Origin: an uncultured Thermoleophilia bacterium | GTDB taxonomy: Bacteria; Actinomycetota; Thermoleophilia; UBA2241 | Assembly: GCA_963715985.1 (NCBI GenBank) | Contig: CAVQSP010000020.1 | Coordinates: forward strand, 32,001-96,000 | Reading direction: 5' to 3' | DNA length: 64,000 nucleotides | Shown here: in pieces, positions 21,990 through 32,383 of the stretch | Position numbering within the stretch: position 1 is the first letter of the stretch | How the letters are laid out: each line of letters begins with the position of its first letter | Translations under genes and position numbers: made by a program | The notes under the pieces: generated by a model | Databases searched by the model: none | The model's input: the letters and a program-made list of their open reading frames with translations, nothing else | What the model was told of the DNA's origin: nothing

Positions 21990-22772
21990 CTAGAACCCCA
22001 ACGCCACCGTGAGCAGGAAGTACGCCGCCACGCTCGTCCACAGGAGCGCGTCGAAGCGGTCCAGCACGCCGCCGTGCCCGGGGATGCCGCGGCCGGAGTC
22101 CTTGATCTGCACGTCGCGCTTCACGAGGCTCTCGAAGAGGTCGCCGAGCGGCCCCACCACGGCGATCACCGCACCCAGCGCCACAGAGTCGGCGGGGCCG
22201 AGCGGCGTGTAGAGCCCGATGAAGACCACGAGCAGCACGGTGCCGACGGCGCCGCCGGCGAAGCCCTCCCACGTCTTCTTGGGCGAGAGTCTCGGCGCCA
22301 TCGGCGTGGAGCCGAAGAAGCGGCCGGTGAAGTACGCCATCGTGTCACCGGCCCACGTCCCGAAGATCACTGTGAGCACCGCCGCCGTGCCGACGTCCAG
22401 GCGCCGCAGCAGCAGTATGGCGCTGAACCCGAGACCCAGGTACATGATGCCGAGCAGCGTCACGCCCATGCGCACCGTGATGCCGTGCTTGGGTCCGATG
22501 AGCAGGCCCAGCAGCGCCACGAGACCGGCCCCCACGGCCATCGCCCCGAACACGCCGAACGGCGAGCGGAACCAGGCCATGTACAGCATCAGCGCCACGG
22601 AGATGAACCCGGCCAGCGGCAGCGGGCGGTACATCCTCGTCAGCCGGTAGAACTCGCCGAGCCCCACCAGCGAGAGGGCGAGCATGAGGAAGAAGAAGAC
22701 GAGCCCTCCGTGCACCACGACGACCACGGCGAGCACGGCCAGCACGACGCCGGTGATGATGCGCGTCGTCAC
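21990..22772 (-). CDS. cdsA: Phosphatidate cytidylyltransferase
   Basis: [42 protein letters not shown]. Confidence 0.96.
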   Translation of the reverse strand: MTTRIITGVVLAVLAVVVVVHGGLVFFFLMLALSLVGLGEFYRLTRMYRPLPLAGFISVALMLYMAWFRSPFGVFGAMAVGAGLVALLGLLIGPKHGITVRMGVTLLGIMYLGLGFSAILLLRRLDVGTAAVLTVIFGTWAGDTMAYFTGRFFGSTPMAPRLSPKKTWEGFAGGAVGTVLLVVFIGLYTPLGPADSVALGAVIAVVGPLGDLFESLVKRDVQIKDSGRGIPGHGGVLDRFDALLWTSVAAYFLLTVALGF

Positions 22773-23691
22773 GAGGCAGCCATGCCGGGGTCCGCGGCAG
22801 CCTCGTGCCCCGCGGCCGCGTCGCTCCCGGCTGCATCCGGCGCGTCGGGCTTGCGCCCCCCGAACCGCCGTTGGCGGCGCGCGTATTCGGCCAGCGCCGC
22901 GTCCAGCGCCGCCTCGTCGAAGTCCGGCCACATGAGGTCGCTGAAGTACAACTCAGCGTAGGCGCACTGCCAGAGCAGGAAGTTGCTGATGCGCAGCTCG
23001 CCCGAGGTGCGGATGAGCAGCTCGGGGTCGTGCATCTCCGGCGCGTAGAGGTGGCGGCGGAAGTCGTCCTCCGCGAACGCCGGGCTGGCTTCGCCGCCAG
23101 CGCCCGCCTCCCGGCCGCCGCACCGGCGGCCGCCCTCTTCGCCGCCGGCCCCGCGGCTGCGGCAGCCGGAGCGGCCTCGGCCGCCAGCCCCGCGGCCGCG
23201 TCGAGCAGCTCGCGGCGGCCGCCGTAATTGAAGGCGATGTAGAGCGTCATCCTGGTATTGGCTGCGGTGAGCGCCTCGGCCTCCTCGATACGGCGCACGA
23301 GCTTCTCCGGTACGCCGTCACGACGCCCGACGAAGCGCACGCGTGCCCCGCGTTCGTGCATGTCGGGCACCTGCGAATCTATCATCTCCACGAACAGGTC
23401 CATGAGCGCGGCCACCTCGTCGGGGGGCCGGTTCCAGTTCTCCGTGGAGAACGAGTACACCGTGACCTCCCGGATGCCGAGGTCGAGGGCGTGCTCGAGG
23501 ACGCGGCGCAGCGTCTTCGCGCCGGCGCGGTGGCCGGCGGCCACCGGCAGGCGCCGGCGCTGCGCCCAGCGCCCGTTGCCGTCCATGATGATGGCGATGT
23601 AACGTGCGGTCGCGCCGCCCGCCGCAGGCTCGGCGGCGCCGCGCGCGCCGCGCAGCCGCCAGCGCGCCAGCCACGTACGCAGAGAGGCCAT
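22769..23691 (-). CDS. uppS: Undecaprenyl diphosphate synthase (frameshift near 23075; Ala-rich insert)
   Basis: [40 protein letters not shown]. Confidence 0.95.
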
Positions 23692-23732
23692 CGCCGTGAT
23701 CCCCAGGGTCGGTCCCGCCGGGCGGCGGGAAC

Positions 23733-24290
23733 TCAGACCTCGAGGATCTCCGCTTCCTTGTGCTTCAGGATCTCGTCGATCTCGTGGACGTGGTCGTCCG
23801 TGTACTTCTGCAGCTCTTTCTCGGCGCGCGCCTCGGCGTCCTCACCGACCTCGCCGTCGTGGACGAGCTCCTTGAGATCCTTCATGCAGTCGCGGCGGAC
23901 GTTGCGCACCGCCACCCTGCCGTCTTCGGCGAGGCGGTGCACCAGCTTCACAAGGTCGCGGCGGCGCTCCTCGGTGAGCGTGGGGATCGGCAGGCGGATC
24001 ACGGTGCCGTCGCTGCTGGGGTTGAGCCCCAGGTCCGACTCCATGATGGCCTTCTCGATGCTCCTCATGGCGGTCTTGTCGAACGGCTGCACGGTGAGCA
24101 GGCGTGCCTCGGGTGCGGCGATGTTGGCCATCTGCTTGAGCGGCGTGGAGGTGCCGTAGTAGTCCACGTGGATGCGGTCCAGCAGACCGATGCTGGCACG
24201 GCCGCTGCGCACCGTATTGAACTCGGTGCGGACGGCCTCCACCGCCTTGTCCATGCGATGTCTGGCGTCGGCGAGCAGCTCTTTCTCCAC
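23733..24290 (-). CDS. frr: Ribosome recycling factor
   Basis: RSGRAS, VDYYG, LGLNP, LTEERR, VRNVRRD. Confidence 0.97.
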   Translation of the reverse strand: MEKELLADARHRMDKAVEAVRTEFNTVRSGRASIGLLDRIHVDYYGTSTPLKQMANIAAPEARLLTVQPFDKTAMRSIEKAIMESDLGLNPSSDGTVIRLPIPTLTEERRRDLVKLVHRLAEDGRVAVRNVRRDCMKDLKELVHDGEVGEDAEARAEKELQKYTDDHVHEIDEILKHKEAEILEV

Positions 24291-24312
24291 GTGGTCCTCC
24301 CTTTTCCCGAGG

Positions 24313-25050
24313 TCAGCGTGCGGCGGGTGTGTGCACTACCGTACCCACGCGCTCACCGCCCAGCACGCGGACGATATTGTCGCCGGTCATCTTGAACACG
24401 TGGATGGGCATGAGATTGTCCATGCACAGGCTGAGCGCGGTGGTGTCCATGACGCCCAGACCACGCTCGATGGCCTCCATGTGCGTGAGCTCGGGGATGA
24501 ACTCGGCCGACGGGTCCTGCTCCGGGTCGGCGCTGTACACGCCGTCGTAGCGCCGCTTGGCCATGAGGATCGCTTCGGTCTCGAGTTCCAGCGAGCGCAG
24601 GGCGGCCGCGGAGTCGGTGGTGAAGTAGGGGTTGCCCGTGCCGGCGGCGCAGATGACCACGCGCCCCTTCTCGAGGTGACGGATGGCACGGCGGCGGAGG
24701 TAGGGCTCGCAGACGGCGCGGATCTCGAGGGCGCTCATGACGCGCGTGTCCACGCCCTCGTCCTCCAGGGCGTCCTGCAGCGCCAGCGCGTTCTGCACGG
24801 TGGCCAGCATGCCGATGTAGTCGCCCGTGGCCCTGTCCATGCCACCGGCGGCGGCGGCCATGCCGCGGAAGATGTTGCCGCCGCCCACCACGATGGCGAT
24901 GTCCACCTCGAGGGCGCGGGCGGTCTTGATGGATCCGGCCAGGCGCCGGGTGGTCGCGGGATCGATGGCCCGCGACTCACTGCCCAGCGCCTGGCCGCTC
25001 AGCTTGAGAAGAACGCGATGGAAGGCGCTGCTCGAAGGACCGCCTTCCAT
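24313..25050 (-). CDS. pyrH: UMP kinase
   Basis: LLKLSG, GGGNIFRG, DYIGMLAT, GTGNPYFTTD. Confidence 0.97.
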   Translation of the reverse strand: MEGGPSSSAFHRVLLKLSGQALGSESRAIDPATTRRLAGSIKTARALEVDIAIVVGGGNIFRGMAAAAGGMDRATGDYIGMLATVQNALALQDALEDEGVDTRVMSALEIRAVCEPYLRRRAIRHLEKGRVVICAAGTGNPYFTTDSAAALRSLELETEAILMAKRRYDGVYSADPEQDPSAEFIPELTHMEAIERGLGVMDTTALSLCMDNLMPIHVFKMTGDNIVRVLGGERVGTVVHTPAAR

Positions 25051-25056
25051 CGGCCG

Positions 25057-25668
25057 TCAGCCCGCGACCGTGGTCTCGCCGAGCTGGAAGCGCACGAAGC
25101 GTCGTACTTCCACGTTCTCGCCGATCACGCCGACGAGATCGGTGCGGACCTGCTCCATGGTGCGGTCCGGGTCCTTGACGAAGGCCTGCTCCATGAGACA
25201 GGTCTCGGCGAAGAACTTCTCCAGCTTGCCCGTGATGATCTTCTCGATCACGTTCTCCGGCTTGCCCTTGATCTGGTCGGACTCGGCGTAGATGGCCTTC
25301 TCGCGGACGACAACGTCCTCGGGCACCTCTTCGCGGTTCACCCAGATCGGGGAGGCGGCGGCCACCTGCATGGCGAGGTCATGCGTGAACTCGCGGAACG
25401 GCTCGCTGCGCGAGACGAAGTCGGTCTCCACACCCACCTCGACGAGCACGCCGATCTTGCCGCCGGCGTGGATGTACGCGTCCACGGCGCCGTCCTTGGT
25501 GGCGCGCGAGCTCTTCTTCTGGGCGCTGGCCAGACCCTGCTTGCGCAGCTCGTCCATCGCCTTCTCGAGGTCGCCGGCCGTCGCGGCCAGCGCCTTCTTG
25601 CAGTCCATCATCCCGGCCCCGCTCTTCTCGCGGAGCTCCTTTACCAGGGCAGCGGTGATCTCAGCCAC
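25057..25668 (-). CDS. tsf: Elongation factor Ts (short form)
   Basis: VKELREKSGAGMMDCKKAL, ETDFV, VRRFVRF. Confidence 0.97.
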   Translation of the reverse strand: MAEITAALVKELREKSGAGMMDCKKALAATAGDLEKAMDELRKQGLASAQKKSSRATKDGAVDAYIHAGGKIGVLVEVGVETDFVSRSEPFREFTHDLAMQVAAASPIWVNREEVPEDVVVREKAIYAESDQIKGKPENVIEKIITGKLEKFFAETCLMEQAFVKDPDRTMEQVRTDLVGVIGENVEVRRFVRFQLGETTVAG

Positions 25669-25710
25669 AGCGCGATCCTTTCGTAGGGTCGGCGTAAGTC
25701 TCTGGGTGTA

Positions 25711-26871
25711 CTACTCGGCCGGCTTCTCGTCGGCGGCCGGAGCGTCGGCCTTGGCCTCTTCGCCCTTGGCCTCGGCCTTCGGCCTTGGCCGGCTTCTCCG
25801 CGGCCTTGGCCTCGGCCTTGGGCTTCTCCGCCGGCTTCTCGGCGGCCTTGGGCTCGGCCTTCTTGGCGGCGGGCTTCTTGGCGGCAGGCTTCTCGGCGAC
25901 AGGCTTCTCGGCGCAGGCTTCTCGGCCTTGGCCTCGGCCTTGGCCTCCGCCTTCTCCTCGGCCGGCTTGGCGGCGGGCTTCTCGGCGGGCTTCACGTCGG
26001 CGACCTCGGCGACCGGCGAGGCGGAGGCCTTCTCCTCGCGGACCTCCTCGGCGGCCTTCTGCGCCTCGGCCTCCGCGGCTTCGGCGGCGGCCTTCTCGGC
26101 GGCGGCGACGGCCTCGGCCACTGCGGCCTCTTCGGCGGCCTTGCGTTCGGCCTCGGCCTTCATCTCGGCCTCGGTGAGCAGCTGGCGACCCTCTGCCACA
26201 GCGTCGGCCATGACGCGCACGATGAGGTTGCAGCTGCGGATGGCGTCGTCGTTGCCGGGGATGATGTAGTCGACCTCGTCGGGGTCGCAGTTGGTGTCCA
26301 CGAGAGCGATGATCGGGATCTTGAGCTTGCGGGCCTCTTTGACGACGATCGCTTCCTTGCGCGGGTCGACGACGAAGACGGCGGCGGGGACGCGGTCCAT
26401 GTTGGCCACGCCGCCGAGGTTCTGCTCGAGCTTGCGCAGGTCGCCGCGCAGCTGCATCTCCTCGCGGGTCGGGAGAAGGTCGAGCGACCCGTCCTCCGAG
26501 AGCTGGCGCAACTCGTGCATGCGCTTGATGCGCTTGCTGAGGGTGGTGAAGTTCGTGAGGAGGCCGCCGAGCCAGCGGTTGCACACGTAGGGCATGCCGA
26601 CGCGCTCGGCCTGCTCCTTGATGGTCTCCTGGCACTGCTTCTTGGTGCCCACGAAGAGCACGCCGCCGCCGCGCTCGGACGTCTTCTTGAGGAAGGCGTA
26701 GGCCTCGTCGATGAGGACCGTGGTCTTCTGCAGGTCGATGATGTAGATGCCGCCGCGCTCGCCGAAGATGAACTGCTTCATCTTGGGGTTCCAGCGGCGG
26801 GTCTGATGGCCGAAGTGGACGCCGCTGGTGAGCAGGTCCTTCATGCTGACGGTGTGTTCGGTCGCAGCCAA
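25711..26871 (-). CDS. rpsB: 30S ribosomal protein S2 with long Ala/Glu/Lys/Pro tail
   Basis: [41 protein letters not shown]; AAGGAGG before TTG 26871. Confidence 0.97.
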   Translation of the reverse strand: MAATEHTVSMKDLLTSGVHFGHQTRRWNPKMKQFIFGERGGIYIIDLQKTTVLIDEAYAFLKKTSERGGGVLFVGTKKQCQETIKEQAERVGMPYVCNRWLGGLLTNFTTLSKRIKRMHELRQLSEDGSLDLLPTREEMQLRGDLRKLEQNLGGVANMDRVPAAVFVVDPRKEAIVVKEARKLKIPIIALVDTNCDPDEVDYIIPGNDDAIRSCNLIVRVMADAVAEGRQLLTEAEMKAEAERKAAEEAAVAEAVAAAEKAAAEAAEAEAQKAAEEVREEKASASPVAEVADVKPAEKPAAKPAEEKAEAKAEAKAEKPAPRSLSPRSLPPRSPPPRRPSPRPPRSRRRSPRPRPRPRRSRPRPKAEAKGEEAKADAPAADEKPAE

Positions 26872-26879
26872 CGCTGCCT

Positions 26880-27090
26880 CCTTCTGAGACGGTTGTCCGG
26901 CGGCGAGCACCGGCGCGGGTGCGCCGGCGGCAGGCGCCGCCGATCTGTGTACCGGCGGACAGTCAGTGGAATCGGGACGGTGGGCGCCCGCGAGGCACCT
27001 GCCGCCCGACACCGCCACGGACCGGGGATCCGCCGGGTCGGGGTGGACACAACGGCGCAAGATGATACCAGAATCCGGCCTGCGCCTCCA
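26880..27090 (-). promoter_or_regulatory. rpsB-tsf promoter (TGG-TATCAT extended -10) and ~180 nt structured leader, possible S2 autoregulatory element
   Basis: -10 at 27062-27067; GC hairpins such as GGTGCC-TCGCG-GGCGCC in the leader; position typical of S2 leaders. Confidence 0.45.
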
Positions 27091-27183
27091 GTGACCGGCG
27101 CTCCGGGGTCGCGGCACGCCACGCGTTCATGCTCGCGGGCGCCGCGCACGCTCGGCTCTGGCCCGGGCCGAGGCGACGCCGCG

Positions 27184-27976
27184 TCAGCCGATGGCGGCCG
27201 GCTCGATCTCGTCGCGCAAGCGGCCCTTGAGGCGCAGGATGGCCTTGGTGTGCAGCTGCGAGACGCGGGACTCGGTGACGCCGAGCACTTCGCCGATCTC
27301 CCGCAACGTGAGGTTCTCGTAGTAGTACAGCGCGATGACGATCTTCTCGCGCTTGGGCAGCGCGTCGATGGCCGACGCCAGCCGCGCCTTCATCTCCGAG
27401 AGATCGAGCATCCGCGAGGGGTCCCTGCTCTTGGGGTCCTCAAGGGTGTCGATGAGCGACGCCTGGTCGCCGTCCGAGCCCGAGATGGACCACAACTCGT
27501 CGAGTGCCACGATGCTGGTGTTGGCGATCTGCGTGAGCGAGTGCTGGAACTCCGGCACGGAGATGCTGAGCTCCTGCGCTATCTCCTCGTCCGTCGGGGC
27601 GCGCTGCAGGCGGTTCTCGAGGACGGCGCACACCTTCTCGATCTCACGCGCCTTGCTGCGCACCGAACGCGGCACCCAGTCCAGGGAGCGCAGCTCGTCG
27701 ATGATGGAGCCCTTGATGCGCGAGATGGCGTAGGTCTCGAACTTGATCTCGCGCGACGGATCGAACCGCTCCAGAGCGCCGATGAGGCCCGAGCAGTCCG
27801 TAACTGATGAGGTCCGACTCCTCGATGTGCGACGGCAGGCCGTTGCTCATGCGCCCGGCGACGTACTTGACGAGCGGGGAGTACGCCAGGATGAGGCGGT
27901 CACGCGCCGCCTTGTCTCCCTGATACTTGTACTTCTCCCAGAGTTCGCGCACTTTGTCCTCGTCGAGCCGTGCCAT
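27184..27976 (-). CDS. whiG: FliA/WhiG-family sigma factor (frameshift near 27790)
   Basis: ARDRLILAYSPLVKYVAGR, PRSVRSKAR, LYYYENLTLREIGEVLGVTESRVSQLH. Confidence 0.9.
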
Positions 27977-28021
27977 GGTCTGTCCGCCGCCGCGAGTCGC
28001 CCTCAGGCGCTCAGGCGGCGC

Positions 28022-28969
28022 TCACGCCCGTGGATGATGGAGGTCGTAGACCCGCCGCAGATGCGCTCCGCTGACATGGGTGTACACCTGTGTCGTGGAC
28101 ACGGATGCGTGTCCAAGAAGCTCCTGAATCGCCCGTAGGTCGGCGCCCCTCTCAAGCATATGCGTGGCGTAGGCATGGCGCAGCATGTGCGGTGAGGCCG
28201 CGCCGATGCCCGCAAGTCGGCTGTATTTTACAACTATGCGGCGGATGTCCGAAGTCAGGAGCGGCCGGCCGGCGCGCGAGACGAGCAGATCGAGCTCCTC
28301 CCGGCGCCGCTCGCCGAGCAATTGCCGGCGGCCGCGCTCAGTGTAGCGGCGCACCGCGGCGGCCGCTTCCTCGCCCAGCGGCACCACCCGTGTCTTGGCC
28401 CCCTTGCCGTGCACGATGAGCTGCGCCTGCCCCGCCTTCACGTCGTCGAGCCGCAGCCCGACGGCCTCCTGGCTGCGCAGGCCACAGCCGTAGAGGAGCT
28501 CGAGGATCATGCGGTCGCGCAGGGCGAGCGGCTCCGTACCGTCCGCGGCCGCGAGCATCGCCTCGACCTCCCCCAGACTGAGGACGCGCGGCAGACGCCG
28601 GCGGCGGCGCGGCCCCGGCAGGAGCCTCGTGGGATCGGCGGGCAGTTCTCCGCGCTCGCTGAGAAAGCGGCACAGCCCGCGCAGGGTCGAGAGCTTGCGC
28701 GCGAGCGTGGCGGGCGCATAGCCGCGGCGCCCCAGGTCGGCCGAGAAGGCGCGCACCGTGCGCCGGTCGAGGGCCTGGACGGTCTGGCCGCGCTCCGTGA
28801 GCCACTCGAGCAACTGCTGCAGATCGGACGAGTAGGAGCGGCGAGTGGCTGCGCTCGCGCCCCTCACCTGCAGGTCGCGCAGGTACGCGACGCAGCACCC
28901 TCGGGGGTCCGCGACGGCGGTGACGTCTGTATGCGGTCGAGCGACGTGCGACTGCGGCGCAGCAGGCAA
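28022..28969 (-). CDS. xerC: Tyrosine recombinase XerC
   Basis: LLYGCGLR, GKGAKTR, HMLRHAYATH, LLGHASVSTTQVY; next to dprA. Confidence 0.88.
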   Translation of the reverse strand: MPAAPQSHVARPHTDVTAVADPRGCCVAYLRDLQVRGASAATRRSYSSDLQQLLEWLTERGQTVQALDRRTVRAFSADLGRRGYAPATLARKLSTLRGLCRFLSERGELPADPTRLLPGPRRRRRLPRVLSLGEVEAMLAAADGTEPLALRDRMILELLYGCGLRSQEAVGLRLDDVKAGQAQLIVHGKGAKTRVVPLGEEAAAAVRRYTERGRRQLLGERRREELDLLVSRAGRPLLTSDIRRIVVKYSRLAGIGAASPHMLRHAYATHMLERGADLRAIQELLGHASVSTTQVYTHVSGAHLRRVYDLHHPRA

Positions 28970-29040
28970 TGGGCACCCCCCTGAGGCGCCCTACCTTTCA
29001 ACACCGCCGCCGGGCACTCCTGCAGCGCGTACCCGCTCAG

Positions 29041-30336
29041 TCACACTCTGCGCAGCCGGTATGCGCCCCCACCCGCAGGCGCGACGAGGCCTTCGATCTC
29101 CAGCTCGCTGAGGAGGGCCGCCGCGACCTGTACGCGCACGCCGCACTCCTCTGCGACCTGGTCGGCGGTGAGCGGCGTCCTCTCGAGGGCGCTCAGCACG
29201 CCGGTGAACCGGCCGCCGGCCACGAGCCGTGCGGGCTCGGCCGCCGCCGGACGAGCCACCTGTCCGTTCGCCGGCTGCACACTCTCGGGCTGCTCGCCGA
29301 TGAGCGCCGTGACCACGTCGTCGGCCGACTCGCAGAGGGTCGCGCCTTGCCTGAGGAACCCGTGGGGCGCCTGTGTGAGCTTCTTGCCCGCCTCGCCCGG
29401 CACTGCGAGCACCTCGCGACCGAGGTCGAGCGCGAAGTCGGCCGTGATGCGGGCGCCGCTGCGTCTGGCGCCCTCCACGACGACAACGGCCTGCGAGAGC
29501 GCCGCCATGACACGGTTGCGTGCCGGGAACCGCCACGCCCGTGCCGGCACGCCCCAACCGAACTCGGAGACGACGAGGCCATGGCGGAGCACCTCGCGGT
29601 GGAGCGCGGCGTTGCACGACGGGTAGGCCACGTCCGCGCCGCAGCCCATGACCGCGACGGTGGCGGGCCCTCCCGGCGGGCCGCCCGCGCGAAGGGCGGC
29701 GGCCTGCGCGGTGGCGTCGACGCCCATGGCGAGACCGCTGACGACCACGACGCCCTTCAGGGCCAGGTCCCGCCCGAGCATCGTCGCCATCTCGGCACCG
29801 TAGGGCGACGGCGCGCGCGTGCCCACGACCGCCACGGCAGGGACCTCGCCCAGCACGCCGAGCCGCCGGTACAGCTCGGCGTCGTCCGCGGTCGCGGCCG
29901 CGAACAGGCACAGCGGCGGGTCGGCGAGGTGGCGCAACGACGCTGGGTACGGCGCGTCGCACCACGTGACGAGCACGCGGCCCGGTCGCGCGTGCCCTGC
30001 CGCACAGGCTTGAGGGGCAGCCTCACGCACGGCGTCGTAGCGGCGCCGCTCGGAGGTGTGGTCCTGGGCCGCGGGGCCGCCGCTGCCTGCCCTCCCTGCC
30101 ACCGCAGGCCCGGCCGCTGCCGGCCGTGGGGGCGGCATCTTCAGGAAGGCCCTCAGCTCGGAGACCGGGCGGCCCAGCACGTCGTCCACTTCGCCGTACT
30201 CGCGCACCAGAAGCCCGACCAGTCCACCGCGCCACCAGGCCAGGGTGCCGAGCCACACGCAGACCTCCCGCCGCGACGGAACCGCAGCGAGACGACCGGC
30301 CGAGCGCCGGGGCTGAGTGCCCTGGTCAGCCTCCAC
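29041..30336 (-). CDS. dprA: DNA-processing protein DprA
   Basis: AVVGTR, VSGLAMGVD, FPARNRVMA, VVVEGARRSGARITA. Confidence 0.95.
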   Translation of the reverse strand: MEADQGTQPRRSAGRLAAVPSRREVCVWLGTLAWWRGGLVGLLVREYGEVDDVLGRPVSELRAFLKMPPPRPAAAGPAVAGRAGSGGPAAQDHTSERRRYDAVREAAPQACAAGHARPGRVLVTWCDAPYPASLRHLADPPLCLFAAATADDAELYRRLGVLGEVPAVAVVGTRAPSPYGAEMATMLGRDLALKGVVVVSGLAMGVDATAQAAALRAGGPPGGPATVAVMGCGADVAYPSCNAALHREVLRHGLVVSEFGWGVPARAWRFPARNRVMAALSQAVVVVEGARRSGARITADFALDLGREVLAVPGEAGKKLTQAPHGFLRQGATLCESADDVVTALIGEQPESVQPANGQVARPAAAEPARLVAGGRFTGVLSALERTPLTADQVAEECGVRVQVAAALLSELEIEGLVAPAGGGAYRLRRV

Positions 30337-31861
30337 TCGCGTCCGTCGCCCTGTACGAGAGGCTCTCGCAGATGTGGTCGCTCGTGATGACCGGACTCGC
30401 CTCCAGGTCGGCGATCGTCTGCGCCACCTTGACCACGCGGTCGCAGGCCCTGGCGCTGAGGCGCAACCGTTCGTAGGCCCGGTCCAGCGAGAGGACGGCG
30501 CCGGGCTCCAGATCGCACCTGCGGCGGAGGTGGCGCGAGCTCATGTGCGCGTTGGCGTAGACGCCGGTGCCGGCCAGGCGCTGGAGCTGCCGGGCGCGCG
30601 CTTGCACCACTCGTTCGCGCACGGCAGCCGAGCCCTCCACCGGGTCGCCGCAGCGACGGTCACGGGGCGGCACTCTCGGCACCGCGACCCGCAGGTCGAT
30701 GCGATCCAGGAGCGGGCCGCTGAGGCGTGAGGCGTACTGCCGCATCCGGTGCGCGGGGCATGTGCACTCGCGCTCGCGATCGCCGCGGTAGCCGCACGGG
30801 CACGGGTTCATCGCCGCCACCAGCATGAGCCGCGCCGGATACGTGACCGAGACAAGCCGCCGGCTGATCGTGACCTCCCCATCCTCCAGCGGCTGGCGCA
30901 GGCCTTCGAGCGCCGAGAGCCTGAACTCCGGGAACTCGTCGAGAAACAGGACCCCGAGATGCGCGAGGCTGACCTCGCCGGGGCGCGGCGTGCCTCCGCC
31001 GCCGACCAGCCCGGGCGAGGAGATCGTGTGGTGCGGCGCCCGGAAGGGCCGTGCGGTGATAAGCGGCCGGTCCGGCGGCAGCAGACCGGCCACGCTGTAG
31101 ATGCGGGTGACGGCCACCGCCTCGTCGCGGGTGAGCGGAGGCATGATCGTGGGCAGACGGCGGGCCAGCATGGTCTTGCCCGCCCCGGGCGGCCCCGTGA
31201 GCAAGACGTTGTGCGCCCCGGCCACGGCCACCTCGAGGGCACGCTTGACGTGCGCCTGACCGATGATGTCGGCGAAGTCGGCGCCGCCGGGAGGTGCCGC
31301 ACCGAGCAGAGCAGAAGGATCGGCCGGCGGCGCCGGCGTGCCCCCGCCGGAGGCGAGCTGGGCTACGGCCTCCGCCAGTGTGTGCGCCGGGTACACCTCG
31401 AGGCCCGGCACGAGTGCCGCCTCGGCCGCGTTGGCCGCCGGGAGCAACAACCCGCGCACGCCGCGGCTGCGCAGGCTCTCGGCGATGGCGAGGGCGCCCG
31501 CCACGGGCCTCAGCGTGCCGTCCAGGCCCAGCTCGCCGACGGCGGCGATCGGGCCGCGGCCGTCACAGCCGTCCGCCGCTTGACCGGTGGCCACCAGGAA
31601 CGCGAGGGCGATCGGCAGGTCGAACGACGGGCCTTCCTTGCGCAAGTCGGCGGGCGCAAGGTTGACGGTGAGGCGCCGCGACGGGAACTCGAAGGACGAG
31701 TTCACGATGGCGGCGCGCACGCGCTCGCGGCTCTCCTGGACGGCGGCGTCCGGCAGCCCGACGATGCTGAAGGCCGGCGCCGCCGCCACGACGTCCGCCT
31801 CCACCTGCACAGGGTGACCCTCCAGCCCGCAGAGGGCCTCGCTGGCGACGCTGGCGAGCAC
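30326..31861 (-). CDS. comM: YifB/ComM Mg-chelatase-like AAA+ ATPase
   Basis: VGLPDAAVQESRERV, NLAPADLRKEG, GPPGAGKT, FLDEFPEF, AMNPCPCG. Confidence 0.96.
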   Translation of the reverse strand: MLASVASEALCGLEGHPVQVEADVVAAAPAFSIVGLPDAAVQESRERVRAAIVNSSFEFPSRRLTVNLAPADLRKEGPSFDLPIALAFLVATGQAADGCDGRGPIAAVGELGLDGTLRPVAGALAIAESLRSRGVRGLLLPAANAAEAALVPGLEVYPAHTLAEAVAQLASGGGTPAPPADPSALLGAAPPGGADFADIIGQAHVKRALEVAVAGAHNVLLTGPPGAGKTMLARRLPTIMPPLTRDEAVAVTRIYSVAGLLPPDRPLITARPFRAPHHTISSPGLVGGGGTPRPGEVSLAHLGVLFLDEFPEFRLSALEGLRQPLEDGEVTISRRLVSVTYPARLMLVAAMNPCPCGYRGDRERECTCPAHRMRQYASRLSGPLLDRIDLRVAVPRVPPRDRRCGDPVEGSAAVRERVVQARARQLQRLAGTGVYANAHMSSRHLRRRCDLEPGAVLSLDRAYERLRLSARACDRVVKVAQTIADLEASPVITSDHICESLSYRATDASGG

Positions 31862-31865
31862 CTCC

Positions 31866-32240
31866 TCACCCGTTCCCCGAGAAGGCGCCGGGCAGGTGGC
31901 GCACGGTGGCCGGTACGGTCGTGGCATCGACGGCCACGATGTCGAAACGCACGTCCGCGACGCGTTCCAGCGCCCACGGCCGGGCCGCCAGCCACAACTC
32001 GGCGAGACGCGCCACCTGGCGGCGCTTGCGCGGGCTCACGGCGTCCTCCGGAGAGCCGAACGTGTCGCTGCGGCGCGCCTTGACCTCGACGAAGGCGAGC
32101 ACGTCGCCGCGGCGGGCGATGATGTCGAGCTCGCCGCGGCCGACGCGCACGTTGCGCCCGAGGACGCGCCAGCCACGGCGCTGGAGGTGCCGGGCCGCGA
32201 CCTCTTCGGCCGCGCGGCCGAACTGTTGACGGGCGTTCAT
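31866..32240 (-). CDS. yraN: YraN-family nuclease
   Basis: GELDIIA, FVEVKAR, RFDIVAV. Confidence 0.93.
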   Translation of the reverse strand: MNARQQFGRAAEEVAARHLQRRGWRVLGRNVRVGRGELDIIARRGDVLAFVEVKARRSDTFGSPEDAVSPRKRRQVARLAELWLAARPWALERVADVRFDIVAVDATTVPATVRHLPGAFSGNG

Positions 32241-32246
32241 GGCGCC

Positions 32247-32275
32247 AGCGTAGCGGCCGGCGAGGCTGCCTCGAA
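32247..32275 (-). promoter_or_regulatory. Putative leaderless promoter of yraN-comM-dprA
   Basis: TTCGAG-17 bp-TACGCT, then 6 nt to the ATG, no SD. Confidence 0.5.
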
Positions 32276-32383
32276 GGGTGCCGATCGGCGACCTGCGGTG
32301 ACAGTGGCGAGTGTCCACCGCCGGGGTGACCTGCGCTGCGCCGGCGCCGGCCAGGCATCGAGGCGCGGGGCGCCCCTCAGCGC

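Noticed and set aside
25711-26170. Repetitive DNA and an Arg/Pro-rich stretch at the end of rpsB
   Set aside because: Ordinary low-complexity AEK/PAAK tail of S2; the Arg/Pro part is probably a pair of compensating indel errors
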